From a virus, in IMG/VR virus record IMGVR_UViG_3300024348_000008: a DNA stretch of 64,000 nucleotides. One strand, given 5' to 3'. The position numbers and the translations under genes are program-made. Positions 29,090 to 39,144 of the stretch are shown in pieces. Position 1 is the stretch's first letter, and the number at the start of each line of letters is the position of its first letter. The notes under the pieces were generated by a model. That model ran no database searches, was not told where the DNA came from, and saw only the letters and a list, made by a program, of their open reading frames with translations.

Positions 29090-29585
29090 TGGTTGTTCCT
29101 TAATGGGAACTAAGGAGATCAAAGTATCTTCTAAACCAATTGTAATTGATATAATTCAACCAACAATGCCTAGAACTATTGATTTAAAAGAACCAATGTG
29201 GCATGTGGTATCAACTGCAAAAATAGCTAATCCTTGTATTAAAGATGAAGAAGGTAAAAGACCTAAAATAGATCATCCTGAGGGTAAGCTAAGTGATAAA
29301 GGTAAAGTTATTAGAGTATGCAAGTTAGGAAAAGAAAATAACTGGCCAGAAGGTTACACATATTTAGATAAATTCTTAGATGATGTAAAGAAAAAGAACA
29401 ATGGTGATATAGTATTTTTTGCTATATCTGTTGAGGATTATGAATTAATGACTTATAATATGCAAGAATTGCGTAGATATATACGCGAAGTGCAAGAGGT
29501 CGTAATTTATTATAGAAATGTAACAATAAAGACTCCTAATGGTAATAAGCCGGGAATAGGAGCTGAAGTAGAGGTGAACAAATAA
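29028..29585 (+). CDS. Putative outer-membrane spanin lipoprotein (Rz1-like)
   Basis: Lipobox ITSGC; DYE.M..N..ELRRYI. Confidence 0.65.
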   Translation: MTVKNSIRWMIPALILTLITSGCSLMGTKEIKVSSKPIVIDIIQPTMPRTIDLKEPMWHVVSTAKIANPCIKDEEGKRPKIDHPEGKLSDKGKVIRVCKLGKENNWPEGYTYLDKFLDDVKKKNNGDIVFFAISVEDYELMTYNMQELRRYIREVQEVVIYYRNVTIKTPNGNKPGIGAEVEVNK

Positions 29586-30343
29586 TGGCATCAACAAGAA
29601 TGATAGAAGATAGAACTCAAATAGGAAGAGCATTAATAGCAGCAAAATTATCTGCACACGCATATCGTCCTGCAAAATCAGCAGTGGCAGCATGTAAAAA
29701 AATGGGATTCCCATGGGCAAGTTTAATTTCTAAAGGTGGAGCAGAAGTATTAATAGCAAAAGATCGTAATGATCTTTGGTTTGCATTTAGAGGAACAGAA
29801 CCATCAAAACTTAATGATGTAACTGCTGATCTTAAATTAATTAAAAACTCTGCAATGGCTGGTGGAAAAGTACATTCAGGATTTCAAGATGAAGTAAATG
29901 ACCTTTGGATGGATATTCTTAAAGAGCTTGAACACAATTCTAATTTAAAAATACAAAAAGATGTTTATATGTGTGGTCACTCTCTTGGAGCTGCAATGGC
30001 AACGATCGCTGCTACTAGACATCAACCAGTCGAATTATTCACGTTTGGATCTCCAAGAGTTGGAGGACCAAAATTTATAAAAAATATCAAATGTCCGCAT
30101 TTAAGATTTCAAAACAATAATGATATTGTAACAAGAATCCCACCAGCATGGTTAGGATTTAGGCATCATGGAAATATGATTTACTTTAATCGTTTTGGAG
30201 ATCGACAATTAAAACCAACCTGGAAAGATCTATTTTTCGGAATTGCTAATTCTTGGAAAAAGTTTAAATTCTTTGATGGAATAGTAGATCATGGAATGCC
30301 CAATTACGTAAAAGCTATTACTAAATTATCAAAAGTAAAATAA
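29585..30343 (+). CDS. Class 3 lipase
   Basis: AFRGT, VHSGF, GHSLG, TFGSPRVG, DIV..IPP, DH. Confidence 0.92.
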   Translation: MASTRMIEDRTQIGRALIAAKLSAHAYRPAKSAVAACKKMGFPWASLISKGGAEVLIAKDRNDLWFAFRGTEPSKLNDVTADLKLIKNSAMAGGKVHSGFQDEVNDLWMDILKELEHNSNLKIQKDVYMCGHSLGAAMATIAATRHQPVELFTFGSPRVGGPKFIKNIKCPHLRFQNNNDIVTRIPPAWLGFRHHGNMIYFNRFGDRQLKPTWKDLFFGIANSWKKFKFFDGIVDHGMPNYVKAITKLSKVK

Positions 30344-30347
30344 AGCA

Positions 30348-30376
30348 TGTACAAACATACTAAAATATGGTATAAT
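30348..30376 (+). promoter_or_regulatory. Early promoter TGTACA-N17-TATAAT
   Basis: Repeated motif. Confidence 0.85.
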
Positions 30377-30405
30377 ATCCCTATAACAAAAATAAGGAAT
30401 GGGTA

Positions 30406-30699
30406 ATGTATTGGTTAACTATATTAACACTTAAATCTATATTATCATCGGTGATTGGAAGTTCATTTTATAATTGGTTTCAAGATACTAAATTAGGTAT
30501 ATGGTTTCAAAAAAAAGTAGATCTATTTATGGACCATTTTGCTGAAAAATATGATTTAGAATTAGCAAAAACAGAGTCAAAATTTAGAAAACAATATCCA
30601 ATTCAAGCAGACAGATTAGATGCTTTAGAAGAAGATTTTGGAGTAATATGGGAATTACATACAAAAGAAATTGTAAAACACCTAGATAAAAAGAAATAA
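30406..30699 (+). CDS. Hypothetical protein
   Basis: ORF between two early promoters. Confidence 0.6.
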   Translation: MYWLTILTLKSILSSVIGSSFYNWFQDTKLGIWFQKKVDLFMDHFAEKYDLELAKTESKFRKQYPIQADRLDALEEDFGVIWELHTKEIVKHLDKKK

Positions 30700-30703
30700 A
30701 GCA

Positions 30704-30732
30704 TGTACAATATATCACATGTGTGGTATAAT
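30704..30732 (+). promoter_or_regulatory. Early promoter for nrdA
   Basis: TGTACA-N17-TATAAT. Confidence 0.85.
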
Positions 30733-30760
30733 ATGATTTATATAATGATTGGAATATAAT

Positions 30761-33064
30761 ATGCAAATAAATGTCACAAAAAGAGATGGCACTTTACAAG
30801 AATTTGATCTTGATAAAATACACAAAGTTTTAGAATGGGCAACTGACGGTTTAACCGGAGTTTCTATATCAGAAATAGAACTTAAGGCTAATATCCAACT
30901 TTTTGACAAAATTCACGCATACGATATGCATGAATTATTAATTAAATCTGCATCAGAATTGATTACAGAATATACTCCAAATTATCAATTTGTAGCAGCC
31001 AGACTTATTAATTATAAACTAAGAAAGGAAGTTTATGGCGGTTATGAACCATGTTGTTTAGAAGATTTAATTAAAAAAAATATTGAAAATAATATATATG
31101 ATGATCAAATTCTTCTTAGATATTCTGCAGAAGAATTAAAAATTGCAAATGGCTATATTAAGCATGATAGAGATTTTACTTTTACTTATGCTGGAATGGA
31201 ACAATTTAGAGGAAAATATTTAGTACAAGATCGTTCAACTAAAACAACATATGAAACTCCACAAATGCTATATATGATGATAGCATTAACTTTATTCGAA
31301 AAATCTAATATAGAAAAAAACGGTAAAGTTGACTGGGCTCGTATGAAATGGGTTAAAGATTTTTATGATGCAATATCTCAATTTTATATATCACTACCAA
31401 CGCCAATTATGGCTGGTGTCCGGACGCCTACTAGACAATTCAGTAGTTGTGTCCTTATTGAATCCGGCGATAGTCTCGATTCTATTAACGCAACTTCAAC
31501 ATCTATTGTTAAATATATAAGCAAAAAGGCTGGTATTGGAATAGGTGCAGGCTCTATTAGAGCATTAGGCGCAAGAATAGGAGATGGTTCAGTAGTTCAT
31601 ACTGGCTTAATTCCATTCTTAAAATATTTCCAAGCTGCAGTCAAATCTTGTTCACAAGGTGGAGTAAGAGGTGGAGCAGCAACAGTATATCTTCCAATTT
31701 GGCATTATGAATTCGAAGATTTAGTAGTATTAAAGAACAATAAAGGAGTTGATGAAACTCGTGTAAGACATATGGATTATGCATTTCAATTTAATAAATT
31801 GATGTATGAACGTTTATTGTCAGATGGAGTAATTACCTTTTTTGATCCTAATGATGTACCAGACTTATATGAAGCATTCTATTCAGATCAAAAGAAATTT
31901 AAAGAATTATATGAAAAATATGAAAGAGCATATTCAATAAGAAAAAGATCTCTTCCTGCTCTTGAAGTATTTCAATCTTTCTTAACAGAAAGAAAAGATA
32001 CCGGTAGAATTTATCTTATGAATGTTGATCATGCAAATAAGCATGGAGCATTTAATCCAGATGAAGCACCAATTAGAATGAGTAATTTATGTTGTGAAAT
32101 TGATTTACCAACTAATCCATTAGAATCATATGATGATCCAAATGGAGAAATCTCATTATGTACATTAAGTGCTATTAATTGGGGACTCATTAATGATCCT
32201 AAAGATTTCGAAAAATACTGTACCCTTGCAGTAAGAGCACTAGACAATTTATTACAATATCAAAATTATCCTGTAAAAGCTGCATATCATGCAACAATGA
32301 ATAGACGACCTTTAGGCGTTGGTATTATTAATCTAGCATATTTCCTTGCTAAGCGAGGATTGAAATATGATGAATCCGCATTTGAAATAATAGATGAATA
32401 CGCAGAAGCATGGTCATATTATTTAATTAAAGCTTCGGCCGATTTAGCCGAAGAAAAAGCACCATGTACTAAAAATAATGAAACAAAATATGCAAGTGGG
32501 ATACTTCCAATTGATACATATAAGAGTGCAGTAGATAAATTAGTGAAACCCAAAGAACGTATGCCATGGGACAAATTAAGAACTCAACTTAAAGAACATG
32601 GTATTCGTAACTCAACACTTATGGCATTAATGCCTGCAGAAACATCTGCACAAATTAGTAATAGTACAAATGGTATAGAACCTCCTAGAGCTTTAGTATC
32701 ATATAAACAATCGAAAGATGGTGTAATGGCCCAAGTTGTTCCTGGTATAGTACAACTAAAAAATAAATATGATCTCTTGTGGGACCAAAAAAGTCCTGAT
32801 GGATATTTAAAAATCTGTGCTATATTACAAAAATATATTGATCAAGGCATTAGCGTCAATACGTCATATAATCCAGAACATTATGAAGATAATAAATTAC
32901 CTATGTCAATAATGATAGGTGATATATTAACTGCATATAAATTTGGAATTAAACAATTATATTACTTTAACACATATGATGGTGCCGGAGAACATGCAGA
33001 AGAACTTCCAGAATTGGAACAAACCCTTAACGAAGACGAAGATTGCGAGAGTTGTATTATATGA
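30761..33064 (+). CDS. nrdA: Class Ia ribonucleotide reductase alpha subunit
   Basis: ATP cone (VTKRDG), QFSSCVL, SNLCCEI, LYY, C-terminal CESC. Confidence 0.98.
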   Translation: MQINVTKRDGTLQEFDLDKIHKVLEWATDGLTGVSISEIELKANIQLFDKIHAYDMHELLIKSASELITEYTPNYQFVAARLINYKLRKEVYGGYEPCCLEDLIKKNIENNIYDDQILLRYSAEELKIANGYIKHDRDFTFTYAGMEQFRGKYLVQDRSTKTTYETPQMLYMMIALTLFEKSNIEKNGKVDWARMKWVKDFYDAISQFYISLPTPIMAGVRTPTRQFSSCVLIESGDSLDSINATSTSIVKYISKKAGIGIGAGSIRALGARIGDGSVVHTGLIPFLKYFQAAVKSCSQGGVRGGAATVYLPIWHYEFEDLVVLKNNKGVDETRVRHMDYAFQFNKLMYERLLSDGVITFFDPNDVPDLYEAFYSDQKKFKELYEKYERAYSIRKRSLPALEVFQSFLTERKDTGRIYLMNVDHANKHGAFNPDEAPIRMSNLCCEIDLPTNPLESYDDPNGEISLCTLSAINWGLINDPKDFEKYCTLAVRALDNLLQYQNYPVKAAYHATMNRRPLGVGIINLAYFLAKRGLKYDESAFEIIDEYAEAWSYYLIKASADLAEEKAPCTKNNETKYASGILPIDTYKSAVDKLVKPKERMPWDKLRTQLKEHGIRNSTLMALMPAETSAQISNSTNGIEPPRALVSYKQSKDGVMAQVVPGIVQLKNKYDLLWDQKSPDGYLKICAILQKYIDQGISVNTSYNPEHYEDNKLPMSIMIGDILTAYKFGIKQLYYFNTYDGAGEHAEELPELEQTLNEDEDCESCII

Positions 33065-34131
33065 TACTAAAAAAGAATAAAAAATCACACTTAGAAAAAC
33101 AAATGTTTCTTGATGAAGCAGTAGACCTACAACGATTTGACGTTTTAAAATATCCAGCTATCGATAAAATATCAGACAAACAGCTTGGTTTCTTTTGGAG
33201 ACCTGAAGAAGTTGATGTATCTAAAGACAAAAAAGATTTTGATGAATTAACAGAACACGAACAACACATTTTCACTAGCAATCTTAAAAGACAAATTTTA
33301 TTAGACTCTGTTCAAGGTAGAGCACCCAATTTGGCATTCTTACCAATCGCTTCATTACCAGAGATTGAAAATTGGATTGAAACATGGTCGTTTATTGAAA
33401 CAATACATTCTAAAAGTTATACACACATTATAAGAAATATATATCCAAATCCTTCAGAAGTATTTGATACTATATTGGATATTAAACCAATTTTAGATTG
33501 TGGTAAAGACATTGCAAGATATTATGAAAATCTTATGATAGAAAATGCAAAAACTACAACTAAGTTGAATCATAAAAAAGCATTATGGATGGCAATGTTA
33601 AGTGCTAATGCACTCGAAGGTATTAGATTTTATGTTTCATTTGCGTGTTCATGGGCATTTGCAGAACTTAAAAAAATGGAAGGTAATGCAAAAATAATTA
33701 AATTTATTGCAAGAGATGAAAATACTCATCTTGCAGCAACAACTATTATTATTAAAAGTTTGTTAAAAGAAGATCCAGATTATGTAAAAATTGCAAAAGA
33801 AATGGAAACAGAATCGGTTGAACTTTATATAGATGTAATAGAACAAGAAAAAGAATGGGCTAAATACTTATTTAAAGATGGTTCTATGATTGGTTTAAAC
33901 GAAAAGCTTTTAGCAGATTACGTAGAATGGATTGGATGTAAACGAATGAGAGCAATAGGAATGTCTTGTCCATATCATGTACAACAACAAAATCCTCTTC
34001 CATGGACAGAAAAATGGATTAGTGGAAGTAATGTTCAAGTTGCTCCACAAGAAACAGAAATTACTTCATATATAACTGGTGGAGTAAAACAAGATGTTGA
34101 TAAAGAGACCTTATCAAAATTTACGCTTTAA
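33061..34131 (+). CDS. nrdB: Ribonucleotide reductase beta subunit
   Basis: FFWRPEE, LDSVQGR, ETIHS.SY, LEGIRFY, RDENTH. Confidence 0.97.
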   Translation: MILKKNKKSHLEKQMFLDEAVDLQRFDVLKYPAIDKISDKQLGFFWRPEEVDVSKDKKDFDELTEHEQHIFTSNLKRQILLDSVQGRAPNLAFLPIASLPEIENWIETWSFIETIHSKSYTHIIRNIYPNPSEVFDTILDIKPILDCGKDIARYYENLMIENAKTTTKLNHKKALWMAMLSANALEGIRFYVSFACSWAFAELKKMEGNAKIIKFIARDENTHLAATTIIIKSLLKEDPDYVKIAKEMETESVELYIDVIEQEKEWAKYLFKDGSMIGLNEKLLADYVEWIGCKRMRAIGMSCPYHVQQQNPLPWTEKWISGSNVQVAPQETEITSYITGGVKQDVDKETLSKFTL

Positions 34132-34139
34132 GGAATAAT

Positions 34140-34394
34140 ATGCATATAGAAATTTATTCAAAAGAACAATGCATGTATTGCAATATGGCAGTAAAAAAGG
34201 CCGAATCTATGTCCTTAAATACAACATCATTTGGAGAAAAAGTAGAATCTAATATAACATATAAAAAATATATGTTGAATGAAGATTTTAATAGAGAAGA
34301 GCTCTTGAAGTTGTTTCCTAATGCAAGAACATTTCCTCAAATATTAATCAACGGTCAACATATTGGCGGTTGGCAAGAATTTAAGGATGTATAA
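34140..34394 (+). CDS. nrdC: Glutaredoxin
   Basis: CMYC, TFPQI, IGG. Confidence 0.9.
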   Translation: MHIEIYSKEQCMYCNMAVKKAESMSLNTTSFGEKVESNITYKKYMLNEDFNREELLKLFPNARTFPQILINGQHIGGWQEFKDV

Positions 34395-34583
34395 ATGGCT
34401 CTCAAATCATTAGATTGTGCATTTTGTTACAATAAAACAGAAATAGAATATGAAGTTGATGAAGACGGTGAACTAAAAGATCCTACATTTTGTCCTTTTT
34501 GTGGAATAAAAGAAGATGAACTGGATAATATATATGATCAACATTACCCGATATTAGAAGAATTGGACAACATAGAAGAATAA
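34395..34583 (+). CDS. Small zinc-ribbon protein
   Basis: CAFC...CPFCG. Confidence 0.7.
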   Translation: MALKSLDCAFCYNKTEIEYEVDEDGELKDPTFCPFCGIKEDELDNIYDQHYPILEELDNIEE

Positions 34584-34589
34584 ATACCT

Positions 34590-34597
34590 TATAAATA
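34590..34597 (+). promoter_or_regulatory. Late promoter TATAAATA (near-leaderless transcript)
   Basis: Exact match ending 6 nt before ATG. Confidence 0.7.
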
Positions 34598-34602
34598 GGT
34601 AT

Positions 34603-35034
34603 ATGAATTGGATATATAAAGGTAAAGAATGGCAACCACCGACAGAAGGCTTTACGCCAGAAGAAATGTATGGTTTTGTTTATCAGATAACGAACAAACA
34701 GAATCAAAAGAAATACATTGGAAAAAAGTTCTTTTGGAAACAAAAAACATTACCGATAACGAAGAAAAGAAAGCGAAGAAAAAGGTTAAAGGTTGAATCA
34801 GATTGGAGAGAATATTATGGATCATCTAAACACCTTTCGGAAGATGTGGAGAAAATGGGCCATAAGAATTTCCATCGCGAGATTATATTATTCTGCAAGA
34901 CTAAGGGTGAATGTGCTTATATGGAAACAAAAATACAATTTGAAAGAGCAGTATTATTATCCGACGATTATTATAACGGTATTGTTAATTGTCGGATTGG
35001 TTCAAATTCTGTAAAACATTTAAAGGAGGCATAA
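34603..35034 (+). CDS. GIY-YIG family endonuclease
   Basis: GFVY...YIGKK, YYGS, YYN. Confidence 0.85.
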   Translation: MNWIYKGKEWQPPTEGFTPEEMYGFVYQITNKQNQKKYIGKKFFWKQKTLPITKKRKRRKRLKVESDWREYYGSSKHLSEDVEKMGHKNFHREIILFCKTKGECAYMETKIQFERAVLLSDDYYNGIVNCRIGSNSVKHLKEA

Positions 35035-35220
35035 ATGAGCCGTAAAAAAGTTAAACCTAATTATATAGATATGAGAATAGAACAACTTAAAGAAGAATTA
35101 TCTAAACCTAATACAACTCATGATAAGAATTGGTACAACAGACTTATTCAAGAATTAGATTGGGTTCGACAAATGCAAGATGATAAAAAAGCAACACATA
35201 ATTGTTATATGGAAGCATAA
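35035..35220 (+). CDS. Hypothetical protein
   Basis: AGGAGG SD. Confidence 0.6.
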   Translation: MSRKKVKPNYIDMRIEQLKEELSKPNTTHDKNWYNRLIQELDWVRQMQDDKKATHNCYMEA

Positions 35221-35226
35221 TAAATA

Positions 35227-35255
35227 TGTACAAACATATCAAACTGTGGTATAAT
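35227..35255 (+). promoter_or_regulatory. Early promoter (near-leaderless)
   Basis: TGTACA-N17-TATAAT, ATG at 35263. Confidence 0.8.
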
Positions 35256-35262
35256 AGAACCT

Positions 35263-35655
35263 ATGAATAAACATGTAAAAAATAATGTTATTAAATTTCC
35301 AAATAGGATGGCCGAAACTATCGGTGAAAGAGTTTTGGAAAGTATGGACAAACAAGAAGAATGTGCCCACCTTGGGCGTTTATGTGTTGATATTATAACA
35401 AAAACAATTAGGAATGAACCTACTGAATTAATGTCAGATTTAGATTTTAATGATATTAAATCTGATGAGTATAAAGATATGTTTGTAATATTAAATCTTC
35501 TTGTATCTATGTTTCTTAGAAAATCTGATATTAATCATATATTACAAAAAGATCTAAATAACGTTTATTATAAATTATTATCTATTGATTTTGCTTCTAA
35601 AAATGATATAGATTGGGAAGAACAGGAAAAGGATGATTTACCTCCGATTAGTTAA
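35263..35655 (+). CDS. Hypothetical protein
   Basis: NVIKFP N-terminal motif. Confidence 0.6.
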   Translation: MNKHVKNNVIKFPNRMAETIGERVLESMDKQEECAHLGRLCVDIITKTIRNEPTELMSDLDFNDIKSDEYKDMFVILNLLVSMFLRKSDINHILQKDLNNVYYKLLSIDFASKNDIDWEEQEKDDLPPIS

Positions 35656-35827
35656 TAAACTAATTATTACATTATTACTTACTGGTTGTACAACGACGAA
35701 TCGACAACCTTCACCTTGTCCAAAATCACATACATTAATGTGTGAAATAAGAGGTTCACGTGAAGATTGTTGGTGTCAAGATACTACACAAATGAAAAAA
35801 TATATAGGTGAAATATATGGGAGATAA
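35633..35827 (+). CDS. Small Cys-rich lipoprotein
   Basis: Lipobox LLLTGC plus 4 Cys. Confidence 0.6.
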   Translation: MIYLRLVNKLIITLLLTGCTTTNRQPSPCPKSHTLMCEIRGSREDCWCQDTTQMKKYIGEIYGR

Positions 35828-35830
35828 AAG

Positions 35831-36712
35831 ATGATTTTACTTGACTATAGTCAAATTGCATTGAGCAATATTATTATTCAAAAGAACAATATACTATCAA
35901 AAGAAGGTCTTGTTGATGTTAAACACTTAATAAGACATATGATACTTAATAGTATTCGTATGTATAATAAAAAATACAGAGAAGAATATGGCCAAATGGT
36001 CATATGTGTAGATGGTTTTAATACTTGGAGAAAAGAATATTTCCCACAATATAAACAACACCGGAAAAAGAATAGACAAGAATCTGATTTAGATTGGAGC
36101 TTTATTTTTGAAAGCTTGAACGAAATTAGACAAGATCTACAAGAAAATTTTCCATATAAAGTAATTCATATTGAAGGTTGTGAAGCCGATGATGTTATAG
36201 GTGCACTTACAATAGAAACTCAAGAGTTTGGTAAGAATGAACCAATAATGATTATATCATCAGACAAAGATTTTATACAATTGCAGAGGTATAAGAACGT
36301 AAAACAATTCTCTCCAATTCAAAAGAAAGCAGTGACAGATAAGAATCCACGTAAATACTTATTTAATCATATAATGCGCGGAGATGCTGGTGATGGTATA
36401 CCTAATATTTTATCAGGAGATAATACCTTTGTTGAAGGAATTAGACAATCTCCTATGACTACAAAGAAACTTGAACATTTTCTGCACAATGCAGATAAAT
36501 TAAGCGAAGTTATGACCTCAGAGGAATATCGTAATTTCCAAAGAAATAAAAATTTAATAGATTTACACGCAATACCAAAAGTACACTATAAAACTATTAT
36601 AGATAATTATGATAATCAAAAAATAGCAATGCGTATGAAAGTATTGAATTATTTAATTAAAAATAGATGTAATAACTTGATTGAGTCGGTGGAGGAATTT
36701 TACAATGGCTAG
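35831..36712 (+). CDS. rnh: T4 RNase H (5'-3' exonuclease)
   Basis: LLDYSQ, WRK..FP.YK, EADD, SSDKDF.QL, GDAGDGIPN. Confidence 0.95.
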   Translation: MILLDYSQIALSNIIIQKNNILSKEGLVDVKHLIRHMILNSIRMYNKKYREEYGQMVICVDGFNTWRKEYFPQYKQHRKKNRQESDLDWSFIFESLNEIRQDLQENFPYKVIHIEGCEADDVIGALTIETQEFGKNEPIMIISSDKDFIQLQRYKNVKQFSPIQKKAVTDKNPRKYLFNHIMRGDAGDGIPNILSGDNTFVEGIRQSPMTTKKLEHFLHNADKLSEVMTSEEYRNFQRNKNLIDLHAIPKVHYKTIIDNYDNQKIAMRMKVLNYLIKNRCNNLIESVEEFYNG

Positions 36713-37199
36713 AAAAAAAATGATATCTGAAATACTTGAGGAAGCTTCAAAGCAAGAATCTCAAGTAGCAAGAGGACAATATCTCAAAGATAACTATTCG
36801 GTTGCTTTGATAACCGTATTAAAGGGTGGATTTGATGACACCGTTCAATGGAATTTACCTGAAGGTGATCCTCCATATAGAAAGGACGATGCTCCGAAAG
36901 GATTTGAACCATCTAATTTATATAAGAAAACAAAATTATTTAAACATTTTGTAGTTGGCTCAGCCACAGGAAATACAATGAGCGCTATAAAACGTGAAAA
37001 ACTGTTCATCGATGTGCTAGAATCTTTACATGTAGATGAAGCGAATCTAGTACTCGCAATGAAAGATAAGAAACTTACTGGAAGATATAAGGGAATAACT
37101 GTAAAGTTAGTAAGAGATGCATTTCCAGATCTTATCAAGTCGGTAGCTAAAGCTGATCCAGTTAAACAGGAAAAGGCTACTAAAACACAAACCGCTTAA
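36705..37199 (+). CDS. Conserved T4-like hypothetical protein
   Basis: LPEGDPPY, KRE.LFI..LE.LH..EA. Confidence 0.75.
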   Translation: MARKKMISEILEEASKQESQVARGQYLKDNYSVALITVLKGGFDDTVQWNLPEGDPPYRKDDAPKGFEPSNLYKKTKLFKHFVVGSATGNTMSAIKREKLFIDVLESLHVDEANLVLAMKDKKLTGRYKGITVKLVRDAFPDLIKSVAKADPVKQEKATKTQTA

Positions 37200-37277
37200 C
37201 AAAGGGGGTGATTACCTACATATATGACTGTTACATTCACTTTCATTTATTAGGAGGATTACTAACGAAAAATAGGG

Positions 37278-37311
37278 GTATCCCAGGTCTGCAGGCCTGG
37301 GAATACTTTTT
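37278..37311 (+). terminator. Rho-independent terminator
   Basis: cccaggtc/ggcctggg stem followed by T-run. Confidence 0.8.
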
Positions 37312-37321
37312 AAATTAAGCA

Positions 37322-37350
37322 TGTACAAACAGTGAAAAGTATGGTATAAT
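37322..37350 (+). promoter_or_regulatory. Early promoter TGTACA-N17-TATAAT
   Basis: Repeated motif. Confidence 0.85.
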
Positions 37351-37392
37351 ATACAGTATGAATATTTTAAATAATGATCCCGTGAGAAAATA

Positions 37393-37641
37393 ATGCCTCT
37401 ATATGATTTTGTAAATACAAAAACCGGTGAAGAATTCGAAAAACTTATAAGTATTTCTGACAAAGAAATATATCTAAAAAACAATCCGGACATTCAACAA
37501 ACCTTCACAAAAGTACCTGGAATTATCAGAGGGAAAGAAGGCGCAATGCTTAAAAAGGCAGGTGATGGATGGAAAGAAGTACAAGATAGAATAAAGTCTG
37601 GTATGCCACCAAGACTAAGAAAAAATATTAAAACAAAATGA
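37393..37641 (+). CDS. FmdB-like small protein (Cys-less)
   Basis: MPLYDF.N..TGEEFE. Confidence 0.65.
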   Translation: MPLYDFVNTKTGEEFEKLISISDKEIYLKNNPDIQQTFTKVPGIIRGKEGAMLKKAGDGWKEVQDRIKSGMPPRLRKNIKTK

Positions 37642-38303
37642 ATTTTAGACATGAAATAATAACTGACGATTATACGTTAAAACAAGTAAACAAAAGTACT
37701 GGAAGAGTTTACGTTGATGATGAAATGAATGAATATCCAAGCATAACATCTGTATTATCGATATTAAGCGAAGAAGCCATTCAAAGGTGGAGAAATAAGG
37801 TTGGTGAAGAAGAAGCAAACCGAATTTCATCAAAAGCTGCAGCTAGAGGAACAAAAGTACACGATTTAATAGAAAGTTATATATTAAATAAAGAAGTAGA
37901 AAATTCTAATCTACTTGCATATTCTAATTTTAAAGACATTAAATCTGTAATAGATAATAGTTTATCAAAAGTATATGCAACAGAAAAAAGATTATATTCT
38001 AAACACTTAGGTGTTGCTGGGACAGTAGATTGTGTCGGTATATGGAACAATAAGAACAGTATCATTGATTGGAAAACTTCCAAAAAATGGAAAAAGAAAG
38101 AATGGGTTACAAACTATTTCATGCAAGCAGCAGGTTATGCTATTATGTGGGAAGAACGAACAGGAATTCCTATAACACAATTGGTAATTTGCATTGCGGG
38201 TGATGAAGGGCCACAAATATTCGTAGAACATCGCGATGATTGGGCAAAACAACTGATTGATACAATCAATGAATATAAAAGAAGAAAATTTTTTAGGAGA
38301 TAA
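37638..38303 (+). CDS. PD-(D/E)XK exonuclease
   Basis: YPSIT, RGT.VH, GTVDC, IDWKTS, Q..GYA. Confidence 0.9.
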   Translation: MNFRHEIITDDYTLKQVNKSTGRVYVDDEMNEYPSITSVLSILSEEAIQRWRNKVGEEEANRISSKAAARGTKVHDLIESYILNKEVENSNLLAYSNFKDIKSVIDNSLSKVYATEKRLYSKHLGVAGTVDCVGIWNNKNSIIDWKTSKKWKKKEWVTNYFMQAAGYAIMWEERTGIPITQLVICIAGDEGPQIFVEHRDDWAKQLIDTINEYKRRKFFRR

Positions 38304-38304
38304 A

Positions 38305-38523
38305 ATGAGAGAAATATTATTAAATGCATTAAAATCACATTATATAGGTGCTATAGAAAAGGCAAAGGCTAATATTGAAATATATTTAGCAAATCCAGCC
38401 GGTATAGGAGATCATCCTGATATCGTTGCTGCAGCATCTGAAGAAATAACAAAATTGTCTGAAGCACACGATTCTTTACAAATGATTGATACATATTTTA
38501 CAAACAAAACGCCCCGTATATAA
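38305..38523 (+). CDS. Conserved hypothetical protein
   Basis: AN.EIYL.NP.GIGDH. Confidence 0.7.
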   Translation: MREILLNALKSHYIGAIEKAKANIEIYLANPAGIGDHPDIVAAASEEITKLSEAHDSLQMIDTYFTNKTPRI

Positions 38524-38526
38524 ATA
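38519..38526 (+). promoter_or_regulatory. Late promoter TATAAATA
   Basis: Exact match before 38532. Confidence 0.7.
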
Positions 38527-38531
38527 GGAGT

Positions 38532-39143
38532 ATGAAAAAAGAACTCATAACGTATATTATCGAAGCGGCCGCAGGAAAGGGTCTAACTATTTTTGATATT
38601 GATGAAACTCTTTTTCATACTAAAGCAAAAATAGATGTATTACATAACGGTAAGAAGATTAAATCGTTAAATAACATACAATTTAATACATATAAATTAC
38701 GAAAGGGTGAGACATTTGACTTTGGTCAATTTAAGTCTGCAGAGATTTTTAATAAAACAGCCACACCTATTGGCAAAATGATTGCTAAAGCAAAAATGAT
38801 AATAAAAAATGCAACGAAGAAAGGTTCTAAAGTAATCGTTGTTACAGCAAGAGGTGATATGGATGATAGAGACTTATTCATAAAAACTTTCGAAGCACAA
38901 GGAATTGACATGAGCAATGTTTATGTCGAAAGAGCCGGAAATATCGGATTAGATAGTTCTGCAAAAAACAAAGAAGTAGTATTTAGAAAATATCTAGATA
39001 CTGGATTATATAAAAGAATAAGATTGTTTGATGATGCAATGGAAAATCTATTAGCTTTAACATCATTAAAGAACGAATATCCTGATATTACTTTTGAAGC
39101 CTATAGAGTAAATAAAAATGGATCAATAAGTACGGTGAAATAA
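38532..39143 (+). CDS. HAD-superfamily hydrolase with capsid-targeting-like leader
   Basis: FDIDETL, VTAR, K, FDD; YIIEA leader. Confidence 0.8.
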   Translation: MKKELITYIIEAAAGKGLTIFDIDETLFHTKAKIDVLHNGKKIKSLNNIQFNTYKLRKGETFDFGQFKSAEIFNKTATPIGKMIAKAKMIIKNATKKGSKVIVVTARGDMDDRDLFIKTFEAQGIDMSNVYVERAGNIGLDSSAKNKEVVFRKYLDTGLYKRIRLFDDAMENLLALTSLKNEYPDITFEAYRVNKNGSISTVK

Positions 39144-39144
39144 G

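Noticed and set aside
2688-34131. Introns or inteins in gp43, gp41, nrdA, nrdB
   Set aside because: The ORFs are continuous and of normal length, with no intein motifs seen
37200-37317. Possible small ORF or sRNA with AGGAGG before the terminator
   Set aside because: The SD-like sequence has no suitably spaced start codon; no supporting structure beyond the terminator
37638-38303. Cas4/CRISPR adaptation gene
   Set aside because: No Fe-S Cys cluster, no array or other cas genes; a common phage exonuclease
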